A program made the position numbers and the translations under genes. A stretch of 38,567 nucleotides of DNA. Source: a bacterium. Its GTDB lineage: Bacteria; Patescibacteriota; Patescibacteriia; UBA1558; S5-K13. Numbering within the stretch: the first letter of the stretch is position 1; each line of letters begins with the position of its first letter. Shown here one piece after another: positions 38,428-38,567 of this stretch. Below the pieces are notes generated by a model, which worked only from the letters and a program-made list of their open reading frames with translations, ran no database searches and was not told the origin of the DNA. The stretch lies in NCBI GenBank assembly GCA_029555085.1, contig JAKPTO010000015.1, positions 1 to 38,567 on the forward strand, read 5' to 3'.

Positions 38428-38567
38428 CGTAATAGCCCAATAGCTTGGCAACACTTTAAGTGTAATAATTAAATATATATAATATAATAATTATTAATCC
38501 TTAAAGTGTATGGCATATACTATTAATCCTAATTTACCAAGATTAAGAGCTAAAGCAGTTAATATGG
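38428..38567 (+). mobile_element. Left end of the same IS481-like element; transposase starts at 38510 (MAYTINPNLPRLRAKAVNM...)
   Basis: 38437-38456 is the exact reverse complement of 106-125; ATG at 38510 is open to the window end. Confidence 0.85.

Overview
This is a very AT-rich bacterial segment read in the standard genetic code, with almost all genes on the minus strand. The gene content suggests a CPR/Patescibacteria genome, probably Parcubacteria/ABY1-like (inference from DUF4012, the RLKGRLLLQVE repeat protein, the Memo-CapA fusion and streamlined uvr genes). Both ends are pieces of the same IS481-like element in direct orientation: the right end and transposase C-terminus at 1-135, and the left end and N-terminus at 38428-38567. 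Housekeeping genes are an ABC exporter, secF, secD (with an inserted parvulin PPIase domain), uvrC/uvrA/uvrB (each missing domains), ppdK, rlmH, tRNA-Gln(CTG) and dnaX. There is a surface-glycan locus (2 radical SAM enzymes, 2 GT4, an O-antigen ligase/Wzy-like protein, a Wzz-like protein, DUF4012). It is interrupted by a ~4 kb, much more GC-rich cassette of four unknown secreted proteins: a beta-barrel-like protein, a lipoprotein and two probable paralogues, each with a Shine-Dalgarno site. This cassette is the best candidate for an undescribed system. Also present are a frameshifted RAYT remnant with an internal REP hairpin, an uncalled 50-aa basic ORF coupled to an acidic-leader/methyltransferase-like gene inside the uvr cluster, and several small uncalled ORFs and hairpins.
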